From Ranitomeya imitator (Eukaryota): 64,000 nucleotides of DNA. Made by a program: the position numbers and the translations under genes. The DNA lies in assembly GCF_032444005.1 (NCBI RefSeq), contig NC_091289.1:20336001-20400000 (forward strand), in the 5' to 3' direction. Positions within the stretch are counted from its first letter, which is position 1. Each line of letters begins with the position of its first letter. A model generated the notes under the pieces. That model was not told the origin of the DNA. It ran no database searches and was given only the letters and a program-made list of their open reading frames with translations. This document shows, piece by piece, positions 38,800 through 50,746 of the stretch.

Positions 38800-39232
38800 T
38801 TAAACTCCTTTAAAACATTACTTTTTTTGGACAAAGTGACCCCCGTGAAGGTCATCTCTCCACGGCGCTACAGAATGGCGGCTGCTCCACCATTAGCGGG
38901 GACGCACGAAACTTGAAACATTGGGATAATTAGTCGGACGGCCCGGTTTTATTTTCTATACACTTTTACAGAACCTACAATCATCAGTCAGGGAAGGAGC
39001 GAGATTTATTACCGCAGCGGCCCCGCCGACACAAGTCGTGCTCTACCAGTCCCCAGGTTGTCAGAGCATGCTGGGACTTCTAGTTCCTCACTGCTGGAAA
39101 ATCAGAAGTCGGAGAGGACTACCCCCTACCATATTTACTGCAATCAGAAAAAAAAAAAAAAAAAAAAAAAAAGGGCTAACGATCAAATTGCTGGTTTCTA
39201 TAGGACGTAAGGTTTTTGCATAGACTATGCCT

Positions 39233-39238
39233 TTTATT
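39233..39238 (-). promoter_or_regulatory. Candidate ARL6IP5 polyadenylation signal
   Basis: AATAAA on the minus strand about 1.06 kb past the stop codon. Not verified by transcripts. Confidence 0.3.
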
Positions 39239-40300
39239 CATGTACAAAAATCACAGGAAAATATATATTAGGATAAATATAATTAGAAATAAAAATATAT
39301 GAAAGAAAAAAAAAAAAAAAAAAGGGAGTGATAAATATGCAGGGCAAAGAATACACGTCAGATTGGAAGAAGAAAAAAAACAAAAAGAGGAATGGCAGCT
39401 TTTTACATTTTTAATACAAGCGTCAGTTCCTCATCATTGCCAGCCGTCCCTCGCGCAGATCATCTTCCCCATCAAGGTTCCCTTAAAGGATAAGCCGCCA
39501 TTTTGCAACCTGTCGATTTAGACATAACGGCGGTGGCGCTCTGTCCAGAGGGAACATTTACAGAGTCGTCAGCTCCGTTACTAGAGGCTTTTATGGAATT
39601 GCTTTTCATGCGTCAGTACTAGTGATGAGCGTGCGTGCTGACATAAGGTGTTATCTGCGCATGCTCGGGTGCTCGATAAATAGATTAGAGTCCCTGCAGC
39701 TGTTCGACAGCCACAACACAAGCAAGGATGCTAGTTTGTTAGGCAATCCCTACATGTGTTGCAGCTGCCCCCTACACACACACACACAAACTGAAACAGA
39801 AAGAAATGTTATAAAGGGGCAAGACGAACCCCCCCCCCAAAAAAAAAAAAAAACAACAACCGAGTACTAAAATCGATATAGGACCCCCCTACAAAGATGG
39901 GCATTCCTCAGTACCTGCAAAATTAACACTTCCATGACCTGATAATACTTAAGATGGGGGTTGGTGGGGGACACTTGACTGAGTGGAGTGGTCCTCCCTA
40001 TATCTCTAAGACCACACAAGAGGATGTTCCATTAGGTTCTACTATAAGATGCCAAAAAAAAAAAAAAAAAAGCAGCTGGCCCCATTGAAGAGACAGTTGT
40101 GGGGTTACCACATCACACACAGTAAAAAAACAAACAAATAATAATAATAATAATAATTAGGTCTCTGTGTCGGACCGATGGGGGGATGGGGGTGAGGTGC
40201 TGCCCCCTATACACACACACAACTGAAACAAAGATAACCTCAGATGGTACATGACGGAGGAGCGCGGGGTCTGCGGGGTGAGGTCGGGGGTCGCTCGTGC

Positions 40301-40482
40301 TCATTCCTCCACTTTCTTCATTTTATTTATGACGGCAGCTATTTTTGCAAAGTTGTCCTCCTCTTGTTCCAGGGCGTCCAGTACAATCCCCATCGGAGTC
40401 TTCTTTAAGCCGATGTTTTCGAACTTGTTCTCCACCTTGTTCTTGATGTTGCGGAGTCTCAGAGATGCGTGGACGAACATCA
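40301..40482 (-). CDS. ARL6IP5: PRA1 family protein 3, coding exon 3
   Basis: Acceptor ctag|[41 protein letters not shown]...VEE* is the PRAF3 C-terminus. TGA at 40303-40301. Confidence 0.93.
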
Positions 40483-40638
40483 CTAGAAGGAGGAAAGAGG
40501 AGGAAGAGGTTAAGCTGTTGGCTAAACCGCAGCCAGCATGAATCAGGGGTCAACGTCACTTTACGTTTCTCTATATCTATCGGCCATTATGGAAAAATAC
40601 AATAAAAAATAAATAAAAATTAATCCCCTATGACTTAC

Positions 40639-40856
40639 ATAAAAGTGGGAACGTAATGCCAAACATGAACACCATCACTCCTCCGAACATGGAGATGACG
40701 AAGTAGCTGGACAGCATGATGGACATGATGAAAAGAGTGGGGTACTGCTTCTTAAATTTACGGACAGCATCCTTATTGTGCGACGTCCACACGAACCCCA
40801 GGAAGACCAGGACCACGATGCTGGCGCCCAGGAGCATGTTGAGAGGACTGAGAAAC
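40639..40856 (-). CDS. ARL6IP5: PRA1 family protein 3, coding exon 2 (218 nt)
   Basis: Acceptor ttag|[24 protein letters not shown]...FGITFPLL. Donor T|gtaagt. Phases match exons 1 and 3. Confidence 0.94.
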
Positions 40857-40969
40857 CTAAGGAGGAAAACAGAAGAGAAAATGTAAAACCGGAAGGAAAT
40901 TTACAGTGGAGGATCACCCATAGCTCATGACATGTGCACAAAAATCCCATTAATCCCCTTTTTTTGCCC

Positions 40970-42300
40970 TGCGCAGCCCGACTCCCCTGCGCCACAGAGA
41001 GGGGTGCGCCGCCCTGCGCAACCCGACTCCTCTCCGCCACAGAGAGGCGTACCCCGACTCCCCTGTGCCAGAAAGGCGCGTCGCCCTGCACGACCCCACT
41101 CCCCTGTGCCACAGAGAGGCACATCGCCCTGCACGACCCCACTCCCCTGTGCCACAGAGACGCACATCGCCCTGCGCGACCCCACTCCCCTGTGCCACAG
41201 AGAGGCACATCGCCCTGCACGACCCCACTCCCCTGTGCCACAGAGAGGCACATCGCCCTGCACGACCCCACTCCCCTGTGCCACAGAGAGGCACATCGCC
41301 CTGCGTGACCCCACTCCCCTGTGCCACAGAGAGGCACATCGCCCTGCACAACCCCACTCCCCTGTGCCACAGAGAGGCACATCGCCCTGCACAACCCCAC
41401 TCCCCTGTGCCACAGAGAGGCACATCGCCCTGCACAACCCCACTCCCCTGTGCCACAGAGAGGCACATCGCCCTGCACGACCCCACTCCCCTGTGCCACA
41501 GAGAGGCACATCGCCCTGCACGACCCCACTCCCCTGTGCCACAGAGAGGCACATCGCCCTGCACGACCCCACTCCCCTGTGCCACAGAGAGGCACACCAC
41601 CCTGCACAACCCCACTCCCCTGTGCCACAGAGGCACATCGCCCTGCACGACCCCACTCCCCTGTGCCACAGAGAGGCACATCGCCCTGCACGACCCCACT
41701 CCCCTGTGCCACAGAGAGGCACATCGCCCTGCACAACCCCACTCCCCTGTGCCACAGAGAGGCACATCGCCCTGCACGACCCCACCTCCCCTGTGTCACA
41801 GAGAGGCAGGCCACGTAACTCCCCTATGCCACCTGACTCCCCCGTAGCAGAGAGAGAGGCGCGCCGCCCTGCGCAACCCGACTCCTCTCCGCCACAGAGA
41901 GGCACATCGCCCTGCACGACCCCACTCCCCTGTGCCACAGAGAGGCACATCGCCCTGCACGACCCCACTCCCCTGTGCCACAGAGAGGCACATCGCCCTG
42001 CACGACCCCACTCCCCTGTGCCACAGAGAGGCACATCGCCCTGCACGACCCCACTCCCCTGTGCCACAGAGAGGCACATCGCCCTGCACGACCCCACCTC
42101 CCCTGTGTCACAGAGAGGCGGGCCACGTAACTCCCCTATGCCACCTGACTCCCCCGTAGCAGAGAGAGGCGCGCCGCCCTGCGCCACCTGACTCCCCTGT
42201 GCCAGAGAGAGAGAGAGAGGAGCGCTTCCGTGCGCAATCCTGCTCCCCTGTGCCACAGTTAGGCGCACCTCCCTGCACAACCGGACTCCCCTCCGCCATA
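40970..42300 (+). repeat. 43-bp GC-rich minisatellite
   Basis: Unit gccacagagaggcacatcgccctgcacgaccccactcccctgt. The ORF peptides repeat every 43 aa (3 units). Confidence 0.93.
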
Positions 42301-44553
42301 GAGGCACGCTGCGCGACCCGAACTTTATAAGCACTTCGTACTACAGATTCTTTACTGGTTTCGGACCAGACGGCCTAAAACTTTACTGTTCGTGTGCATC
42401 AATAAGCCATGGGTGCCCATTACCCCATCGCCGGATCACTGGTTGTTCTTCCTCGTCTTCATGATATTTCCCTCCACACGAGACATGCGGTGTTACAGAT
42501 ACGCCGACAATGGCCCAAATGTGATGTCTAGATGACTGCCACTCGTCTCTTTACCCGATTTCCCACTTCCAGACCCTCAACACCAAAGACTGTCCACTCG
42601 CCCCCTGTATGTCCCAGCACGGAGCGGTTTTAATGTTATGCCTGATCAGTGGATTATATACATATAAAAACGAGGGACTATATCAGGAGTGCAGCCGTTC
42701 CCAGGACCCCCTGCAGCCCCCACATCTCGGCCTCCACCTGCTCCGCTCACTCCATCATTACTTGGCCGCCTTCCTCCACCGGCAGTGAACAGCAGATCCG
42801 AGGTTGGACGTAATAAGCACCAAGCTAAATATAGCTGACAAATAGCTTCTTATAACGGCCTGGAAAAAGTGAATATCATCGAGGCCGCAGGAACAGAAAG
42901 TTAGCAGATGTGCGCTCGCACGGCCAACACCCAAAAGTGAGGAGGGGAAAGCCGCGCAAGAGTCGGCGCCGTGCAAGAGCCGGCACATGAAATTCTGTAT
43001 GGCCGTGATCTCCCAATAAAACCGCAACGCTCCGTATGACATAAAATAACCGAGTACGTGTGGATTTACAGTCTGTGTCCTTGTCCACAGCTGAATTCAC
43101 AATTCGAAAGGCTTCAGAGCTAAAATCTCTCTGCATCCAGCAGGTAGGATAAGGTTAGGAGGCCAGTCAATGTGGACGTTGGACCAAGCCCCTGTGAATC
43201 CTCCTGCTCAACTCTTTACGTTAGGCACCAAGTGTCCCAGCTATGCCATCAGGGTAGGGGGTAAACTGCAAACTTGCTGACTGTTTTCAGTGATGACCCA
43301 CAGTTATGCCGATCCTCCTACCAATCCCAAATTCCCCTTATGAATGGAGCAGTAGTGAGCATGTGCGACCATCACTCCTACAGCCAGTGAATAGAGAAGT
43401 GGTCGCACATGCTCACTACGACCCTATTCATCATTGAGCCCACATTCTCAGCATTAGTGGAGGTCTCAGAGTTTTGACTCCCACTAATCATACATTTATC
43501 ATTATCTTCCCGGTGGATTGGGGATATGATTTTTTTTTTTTTTTTGGACAACCCCTTTAAGTTCAACAGAGCTGTAATAACACAGACAAGACCGACCTAC
43601 TCAATCCCTTTAAGGACCAGATTTTTTCCTATAAATATTAGGGAGGCTGGCAGGAATACTGTGCTATATTTGCCTCCCCGGGGATGACTCTTTAAGCTTT
43701 ACACCACGGATTAGGAAGGTCACCAGGGATCACGAGTGGCATGAAAGGATTCCCGGGCTTCGCCAATCACTAATGATTGCATCAGTTTCCAAGATCCTGG
43801 AGGAAAACTTAAGTAAAAAGGAGCGAGACGCCCTGACAACGCACAAAACTGACATTAAACAAGGCTGTGAGCATCCCACCCTGGCACTGCTGATGGTCAA
43901 TGATAGGGCACAGGAGGGGATATTTCAGGGGGTGATGAGTGGACACTAATAAGGTGATAAATGGCAGCAGGGGCACTGCAAGGCCTGAATATAGAATAAT
44001 ACCCAGGGATTTATTATCCTGCTATAAACAACCTCTGATTATATGCCATGGGGCATCGCAGCGCAGCGTCAGCCCATAATCTGCCCTGGGTCCAAATCTA
44101 AACATTACCAAATGCACAAAGCTGGTTGACATCAAAGCCCCCATATAACACTGCTTGGAGCAGACAGTGGCACCAGCTGTCCGTCCCTCACTGGAGCACA
44201 CATGCGGCTGTCCCATATAAACTACCGCCTATCGAACAGCATGTGCCACCTTAGAGCAGTGTCCGTAGAGTCACGCCAATACATAGTAGTGCCCGATTAG
44301 AGGGGTTTCTATAGGACTGTCTCCGAGGGAGTCTCATGTCCAAGACCCCCATAATAAGCACTTTATAATGCCTTTTATTCAAGTGAATGGGCTGAGCTGT
44401 AGTACCCGGGCATTGATATTTACGAGAACTGCACCGTCTCGATAAAATAACAGGAGGGGACACTTCTTTACGGTGACCACTGAGGGTCCTACAATCAGTT
44501 CCCCTCGATTGTTAAGATAGGGCATTAATAGGAAATGCATTAAACCCCATTAA

Positions 44554-45167
44554 AGGGAACCTGTCAGCAGGAGTGTGCTCAGTAACCTACACACAATGTC
44601 AGGTAGGCGTCGTTATACTGATTACAACAATACCTTGGTTGCTGAAATCTGTCTTGTGGTTGTTGTTTAATTTTTATTTTCAGTTTACGATATACGGGTG
44701 CTCCGGGGAGGGGCTTCTTGTGGTACTCTGATTATATATGCATCTATATAGCTTGTGATAGGTCACCGATTCCTCCGTGACCTGCCCCCTAGTGTACATA
44801 ATGAATATTCTATGTATTAGGGAAACACAAACCAAACAAACAAAAAAAAACACCTTCAGCTGGCAGGTGCCAGCGCTGCAGCATGATCGCGTGTATAAAG
44901 TGCATTAAAAATGTTTCATCACAGACAAATGCTAATGCGCAGGGGCGGCCTGTGCCATTTTGAGAGAATTTTTTTTAAATTTTTTTATCAGCAAATAAAA
45001 AAAAACGTAATGCACTTTACAGACGCGATCATGCTGCAGCGCAGGCGCCTGAATGTCATTTTTTAATAATAATAATAATAATAATAGGTATGTAAAATAG
45101 GGGGCAGATCAGTGACCTATTAGAAGTCATACAGATGAATACCTAATCATAAGACCAACCCCCCCCC

Positions 45168-45201
<34 letters not shown>

Positions 45202-45330
45202 CCACCCCGGAGCACGAGCGTATCATTAACTAAAAATAAAGATTAAACAACAACAACCACAAGACAGATTTCATCACTAGGTATCATTGTAGTCATACAA
45301 TACAAGCCAACTTCTAATGACTGTAATCAG
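44554..45330. mobile_element. T2/Kolobok-like MITE, right end degraded
   Basis: TTAA followed by agggaacctgtca, the same terminus as 37907. Inverted arms (gaaatctgtcttgtggttgttgtttaa / ttaaacaacaacaaccacaagacagatttc). The end coordinate is approximate. Confidence 0.6.
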
Positions 45331-45988
45331 TAGAAACTAGAAGAGATCCAGTAATATTAAAAGTTAAATATTTATTAATAATTCTTTAAAATACCATAAA
45401 AAAAATTAAAAGAGATTTATGCAGCCAGCAACTACACATAAGAATTATAGAACTACCTGGAGATCAGTGAAGATAAGACAAGCGGCGGCTCCCCACCCCA
45501 ATGTGCGTTTCACCGTTGGCTTCTTCCGGAGAAAAACCACATAAAATATGCTGCAAGTTGAGTGCAACCAACAAGTTTCCCATTCGTTTAAGTAAGAAAA
45601 ACGCACGCAAAAAAAAACCCATGATAAAGTGTTAGAGAAAGCGTCATGACAATTCTTTGTTGTGTTTTACATGCATAAATCCAAAGTTTTTGCAAGATAT
45701 TTGCAGTGGAAACAGACAAAAATAAATAAATAAATACCGGTATACACCTTACGCTACATTCCATATTGGAAGCATAAAAAAAGGGATTTTTTTTTTTTTT
45801 TTAACAATGTGGATTTTTTAACCAGATTAATTCAAATAAAAACCCCTCAGTGTGAACATAACCAGCTCCTGTTTTAATAAGGTTGTTTTTTTTCCCTCCA
45901 AGTTAAAGAAGTGCAACATATCAATTCTTTGCCTTGGGGGAAAAAAGGAAAACAAAAAAAAAAAAAAAAAAAAAAAAGCTGGGGAGAC

Positions 45989-46226
45989 TTATGTCTCCTG
46001 GTACAGACTCCCCTCCCCATTGGTCAGAGTTGTGCTGAAGAAGCCATTATGTCTCCTGGCACAGACTCCCCTCCGTTGGTTAGAGCTGCGCTGAAGAAGC
46101 CATTATGTCTCCTGGCACAGACTCCCCTCCCCGCCTCCATTGGTCAGAGTTGTGCTGAAGAAGCCATTATGTCTCTTGGCACAGACTCCCCTCCCCCATT
46201 GGTCAGAGCTGCGCTGAAGAAGCCAT
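45989..46226 (+). repeat. About 58-bp tandem repeat x4
   Basis: ttatgtctcctggcacagactcccctcc...tggt(c/t)agag(t/c)tg(t/c)gctgaagaagcca, four copies. Confidence 0.85.
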
Positions 46227-47024
46227 CTGCCTAGTGAGCCGTGTGTTACTCATCCACTTCCTATAGCAGAGGTGCGGTCCTGAGGACCGAGCCTAAAATA
46301 CCGCAGGCGGGGGTCTAAATGTCATCTGCCAGCAAGTATCACTGCGTTTCCCAAACCCAGACTGCCGGCTACAGTGGAAAACTTTCAACAGATAAACCGC
46401 AGGGAGCTGACGTACCAACGTGTCATCGCTGCTGCCAATGATTGTCTGCAGCAGCCAATGACAGAAAAGACCAAGGACGGCCCAGCTATGGAGGCAGACG
46501 AGCGTGTGCTAAATCTTTTTTATAGGGCAATTGAGTCTTAAGTGCAAAACCCCTTCAAAATCTCTACTGCAAATTATTGAAAGTCATCCATCCAGCCTGA
46601 CCGACTGCTGCAGCTTGTTCTGAGCAGTGTGAGATCTCAGCAGGGAGGAGGGACACTGAGGAGCAATCAGGCTAGAGAAATGGGGTAAACTTTCACACAG
46701 AATGTAGTCAGCCATTCTGACGTTACCATCAATGTAAACATACCTGCTTCATCAGGTCTAAGATTTGTTTAGTGACATATTTGCTTTAAAACCTCATCGC
46801 CTCTTACAGACCGGACCTGCTGTGGGTTTCCGATTTCGAAGTCAGCAGTCTCGTAGGTGAGGAGACCCCGCGGCCGCTCCGGACCAGGGCAGGCGGTACT
46901 GAGACCGTCAATGTGGGACAAGTAAAATCGGCCTTAAAGGAACCTTACACATTCATAGAAGTAAACTACCACGAATAGTTAATGATGCGGCCTGGGGACG
47001 GGGCAACTAGTCGCACTGCGCCAT

Positions 47025-48772
47025 GTTACTTGCCCCGGCACAGGGGGCGCCACGTTACTTGCCCCGGCACAGGGGGCGCCACGTTAGGCTACGTTCACAC
47101 TAGCGTTATGCTAGTGTGCGTCGGGTTAGCGTCGGGCGACGCAGCGGCGACGCACGCGTCATGCGCCCCTATATTTAACATGGAGGACGCATGCGTTTGT
47201 TTGTTGCGTTGTGCGACGCATGCGTCTTTTTTGCCGCAAGCGTCGGACCAAGAAAACGCAACAAGTTGCATTTTTCTTGCGTCCGATTTTCGGCAAAAAA
47301 CGACGCATGCGTCGCAAAACGCAGCGTTTCTGCGTGCGTTGCATCGCCGACGCAGCGGCGCACAACGCTAGTGTGAACGTAGCCTAACTTGCCCTGGCAC
47401 AGGGGGCGCCATGTTACTCGCCACGGCACAGGGGGCGCCATGTTACTCGCCCCGGCACAGGGGGCGCCATGTTACTCGCCCCGGCACAGGGGGCGCCATG
47501 TTACTCGCCCCGCCACAGGGGGCGCCATGTTACTCGCCCCGCCACAGGGGGCGCCATGTTACTCGCCCCGCCACAGGGGGCGCCATGTTACTCGCCCCGC
47601 CACAGGGGGCGCCATGTTACTCGCCCCGCCACAGGGGGCGCCATGTTACTCGCCCCGCCACAGGGGGCGCCATGTTACTCGCCCCGCCACAGGGGGCGCC
47701 ATGTTACTCGCCCCGCCACAGGGGGCGCCATGTTACTCGCCCCGCCACAGGGGGCGCCATGTTACTCGCCCCGCCACAGGGGGCGCCATGTTACTCGCCC
47801 CGCCACAGGGGGCGCCATGTTACTCGCCCCGCCACAGGGGGCGCCATGTTACTCGCCCCGCCACAGGGGGCGCCATGTTACTCGCCCCGCCACAGGGGGC
47901 GCCATGTTACTCGCCCCGCCACAGGGGGCGCCATGTTACTCGCCCCGCCACAGGGGGCGCCATGTTACTCGCCCCGCCACAGGGGGCGCCATGTTACTCG
48001 CCCCGCCACAGGGGGCGCCATGTTACTCGCCCCGCCACAGGGGGCGCCATGTTACTCGCCCCGCCACAGGGGGCGCCATGTTACTCGCCCCGCCACAGGG
48101 GGCGCCATGTTACTCGCCCCGCCACAGGGGGCGCCATGTTACTCGCCCCGCCACAGGGGGCGCCATGTTACTCGCCCCGCCACAGGGGGCGCCATGTTAC
48201 TCGCCCCGCCACAGGGGGCGCCATGTTACTCGCCCCGCCACAGGGGGCGCCATGTTACTCGCCCCGCCACAGGGGGCGCCATGTTACTCGCCCCGCCACA
48301 GGGGGCGCCATGTTACTCGCCCCGCCACAGGGGGCGCCATGTTACTCGCCCCGCCACAGGGGGCGCCATGTTACTCGCCCCGCCACAGGGGGCGCCATGT
48401 TACTCGCCCCGCCACAGGGGGCGCCATGTTACTCGCCCCGCCACAGGGGGCGCCATGTTACTTGCCCCGCCACAGGGGGCGCCATGTTACTTGCCCCGCC
48501 ACAGGGGGCGCCATGTTACTTGCCCCGCCACAGGGGGCGCCATGTTACTTGCCCCGCCACAGGGGGTGCCATGTTACTTGCCCCGCCACAGGGGGCGCCA
48601 TGTTACTTGCCCCGCCACAGGGGGCGCCATGTTACTTGCCCCGCCACAGGGGGCGCCATGTTACTTGCCCCGCCACAGGGGGCGCCATGTTACTTGCCCC
48701 GCCACAGGGGGTGCCATGTTACTTGCCCCGCCACAGGGGGCGCCATGTTACTTGCCCCGCCACAGGGGGCGC
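47025..48772 (+). repeat. 29-bp CpG-rich minisatellite (about 50 units) in ARL6IP5 intron 1
   Basis: Unit gccatgttact(c/t)gccccgccacagggggc. Interrupted near its start by a MITE. Confidence 0.96.
47087..47384. mobile_element. Harbinger-like MITE inside the 29-bp array
   Basis: 21-bp TIR ggctacgttcacactagcgtt. Flanks TTA/TAA at the gtta|cttg position of a repeat unit. Confidence 0.85.
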
Positions 48773-49043
48773 TGTGGGACTTTTTGAGGCGCGCACACCT
48801 GAGACCTGTCGTTCCTGTCCCCCGCGGATATGGGACACGTCCACACAGGCTGCGGCTGATGCTGCCAGGTGTCCGAATGCCCAAAACCTAAAAAAAGAGG
48901 TCCCATATGGTGCCTCACCCACTAACTGGCTGTGGTGTAGAACCACAAGTGGCAGCATGCCCTCACCGGGTGGAGGACCACAGCGGTGCGGGTGCTCTGC
49001 TACCCCCCGTCCTCCCTCCAGGCGCAGCATCCTTCCCACTCAC

Positions 49044-49219
49044 CCCACCAGGCAGACGACGGCCGCCGCCAGCGCCAGGTAGTTGGTCTGGTAGTACAGC
49101 AGATTGCTGATCACTCGGTTGTTCCATCTGGAGATGTCCTGGAAGTCCGGTCGGCTGAAGCGGTCGGAGCCGGGGAAGAAGTCGTCCCAGGCCCGCAGCG
49201 GCGCTACCAGCACGTCCAT
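49044..49219 (-). CDS. ARL6IP5: PRA1 family protein 3 (JWA/GTRAP3-18), coding exon 1 (176 nt)
   Basis: [48 protein letters not shown] is the PRAF3 N-terminus. Donor GG|gtgagt. Confidence 0.96.
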
Positions 49220-49992
49220 GTTCCTTCCCTGCAGCCTGCAAACCTCAGACACAGAGACCGCGCATGCGCGTCAATCTTCTGCAGCCCTGAAGACGTCAAC
49301 CGCCAGCTCAAGAGCGCATGCGCTGAATGTTTTCCTCGCCACCGTTTTAAAGTCGGACAAACCACTAGAGGGCGCCGTGACACGTGGTTAAAGTCGCCAT
49401 GTTGTGGTTGGCAAAGGAATGGAAGCGTAATAAACGGAGTGTTGGTCATAATGCAGCCAGTCAGACAGAAATCGTCAAAATAAGCAAATAGAGGGACTTG
49501 TGACCAGTGCATTTTCAGTACATTTTTTTCGTTTTTTCAGTACATTTTTCATGGTGTCATTCAAAACGACGACTCGTCCCTAAAAAATAAAACCCAAGCC
49601 TTCGAACGGCTGTTGGGATGGAAAAAAAGAAAGCGCATAAATGAAAGCTGGCGGTGATGGTGGGTGAGGTGATTAAGCCCCTTCTAACAACTCCCTGCTC
49701 CCTGCTCTGCACTGAGCAGACTGCACTACTGACTCCTAGCAACTTGCAGGCCAGTCTGAAGCAGCTTTCCAGCAGGTTGCTAGGCGACAGGAGGCTCCAC
49801 CGGCTCTAGAGCTGCTATTGTACTTTGTCAAGGTAACAATAAAGTTATTGAGAGAAAAAAAAAAACAGCAACCCACACATAACAAGACGACTGCGCCTGC
49901 GCGCCGCGGTTGGCAGACTCTTATGGCCTGTCCACACTGACCACGCCTCCCGGGTTCCGGTGCATTGTGGGAAGAGAGAGGCTCAGACAAAT
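49220..49992. promoter_or_regulatory. Bidirectional CpG-island promoter region ARL6IP5/UBA3
   Basis: Divergent ATGs 773 bp apart. NRF1-type gcgcatgcgc at 49260 and 49314 and tgcgcctgcgc at 49892; CTCF-consensus ccactagagggcgc at 49362; E-box cacgtg at 49381; YY1 cgccatgtt at 49395; ETS ttccgg near 49956. Confidence 0.75.
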
Positions 49993-50012
49993 ATGGCGGA
50001 TGCTGAAGAGCC
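49993..50012 (+). CDS. UBA3: NEDD8-activating enzyme E1 catalytic subunit, coding exon 1 (20 nt)
   Basis: ATG GCG GAT GCT GAA GAG CC|gtgagt gives MADAEEP, matching the UBA3 N-terminus. Confidence 0.88.
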
Positions 50013-50132
50013 GTGAGTATCTGTGTCAGCAGTCAGGGTCCCCGGCTCCCTCCTCTCCCCCGTCCCCCTCTGTGTCACAGGCCAGGAGCGCGCACCACAA
50101 ACCCTTCTTTTATTCTCTCTCTCTCTTTTTAG

Positions 50133-50171
50133 GGAGAAGAAAAGAAGGCGGATAGAAGAGCTGTCTGACAA
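50133..50171 (+). CDS. UBA3: UBA3 exon 2 (39 nt)
   Basis: Long pyrimidine tract and ag|G. Encodes EKKRRRIEELSDK. Donor AA|gttagt. Phase 2 at both ends. Confidence 0.88.
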
Positions 50172-50429
50172 GTTAGTGCTGGCACAGGGGAGGTGTTAGG
50201 ACATGGACAGGTTTGAAAGCAGGAACACAAAACACCTTATTACGTAGCATCCCTCAAATGTACAAAGGGGCGGGGCTCTCGCCTGTCAGGAGCTTTATGC
50301 ATGTTAATTTGCTATTGCACTTTTGTTCCTTTTTATTTCCATTTATAGTATTATATTAGGAAATTACATTAACAAAGTCCTTCTTAAAGGGGGTGTCCAT
50401 CTCTAAGGCCTTTTTTTTTTTCTTCTTAA

Positions 50430-50746
50430 AGGGGTTGTCCATCTTTGAGTTATCTGAGACTCTTTCCAGTACACTGACGGTATATTAAAACATACTTTTG
50501 TACTGCGCTCTGTGAGGATTCTCCGGTGCCGGGAGCGGCTGTCACGTGACTACAAGTATGTGATTTGCTTCTGGGTCACATTCCAACTAGACTGTTTGCG
50601 GCCCATCTAGTAGGCATGTGACAACATGTATGCAAATCATGTACCCAGCAAGCCCGACACTGGAGAATCCTTGTGGTGCCTGCGATGTGAGGATTCACAA
50701 GTCTCATAATGACCGTAGACTTGTAGCCTAAGACCGGACAACCCCT
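50430..50746. mobile_element. T2/Kolobok-like MITE
   Basis: TTAA on both sides, TIR aggggttgtcc / ggacaacccct. A partial duplicate of the left terminus lies at about 50385. Confidence 0.8.

Noticed and set aside
40675-42334. 260-470-aa ORFs on both strands
   Set aside because: Translation of the 43-bp minisatellite inside an intron.
42700-43280. Possible LINE C-terminal remnant
   Set aside because: No diagnostic motif could be read with confidence.
47389-49082. Three 450-540-aa ORFs
   Set aside because: The 29-bp unit has no stop in any + frame. These ORFs are antisense to ARL6IP5 intron 1 and have no domain.
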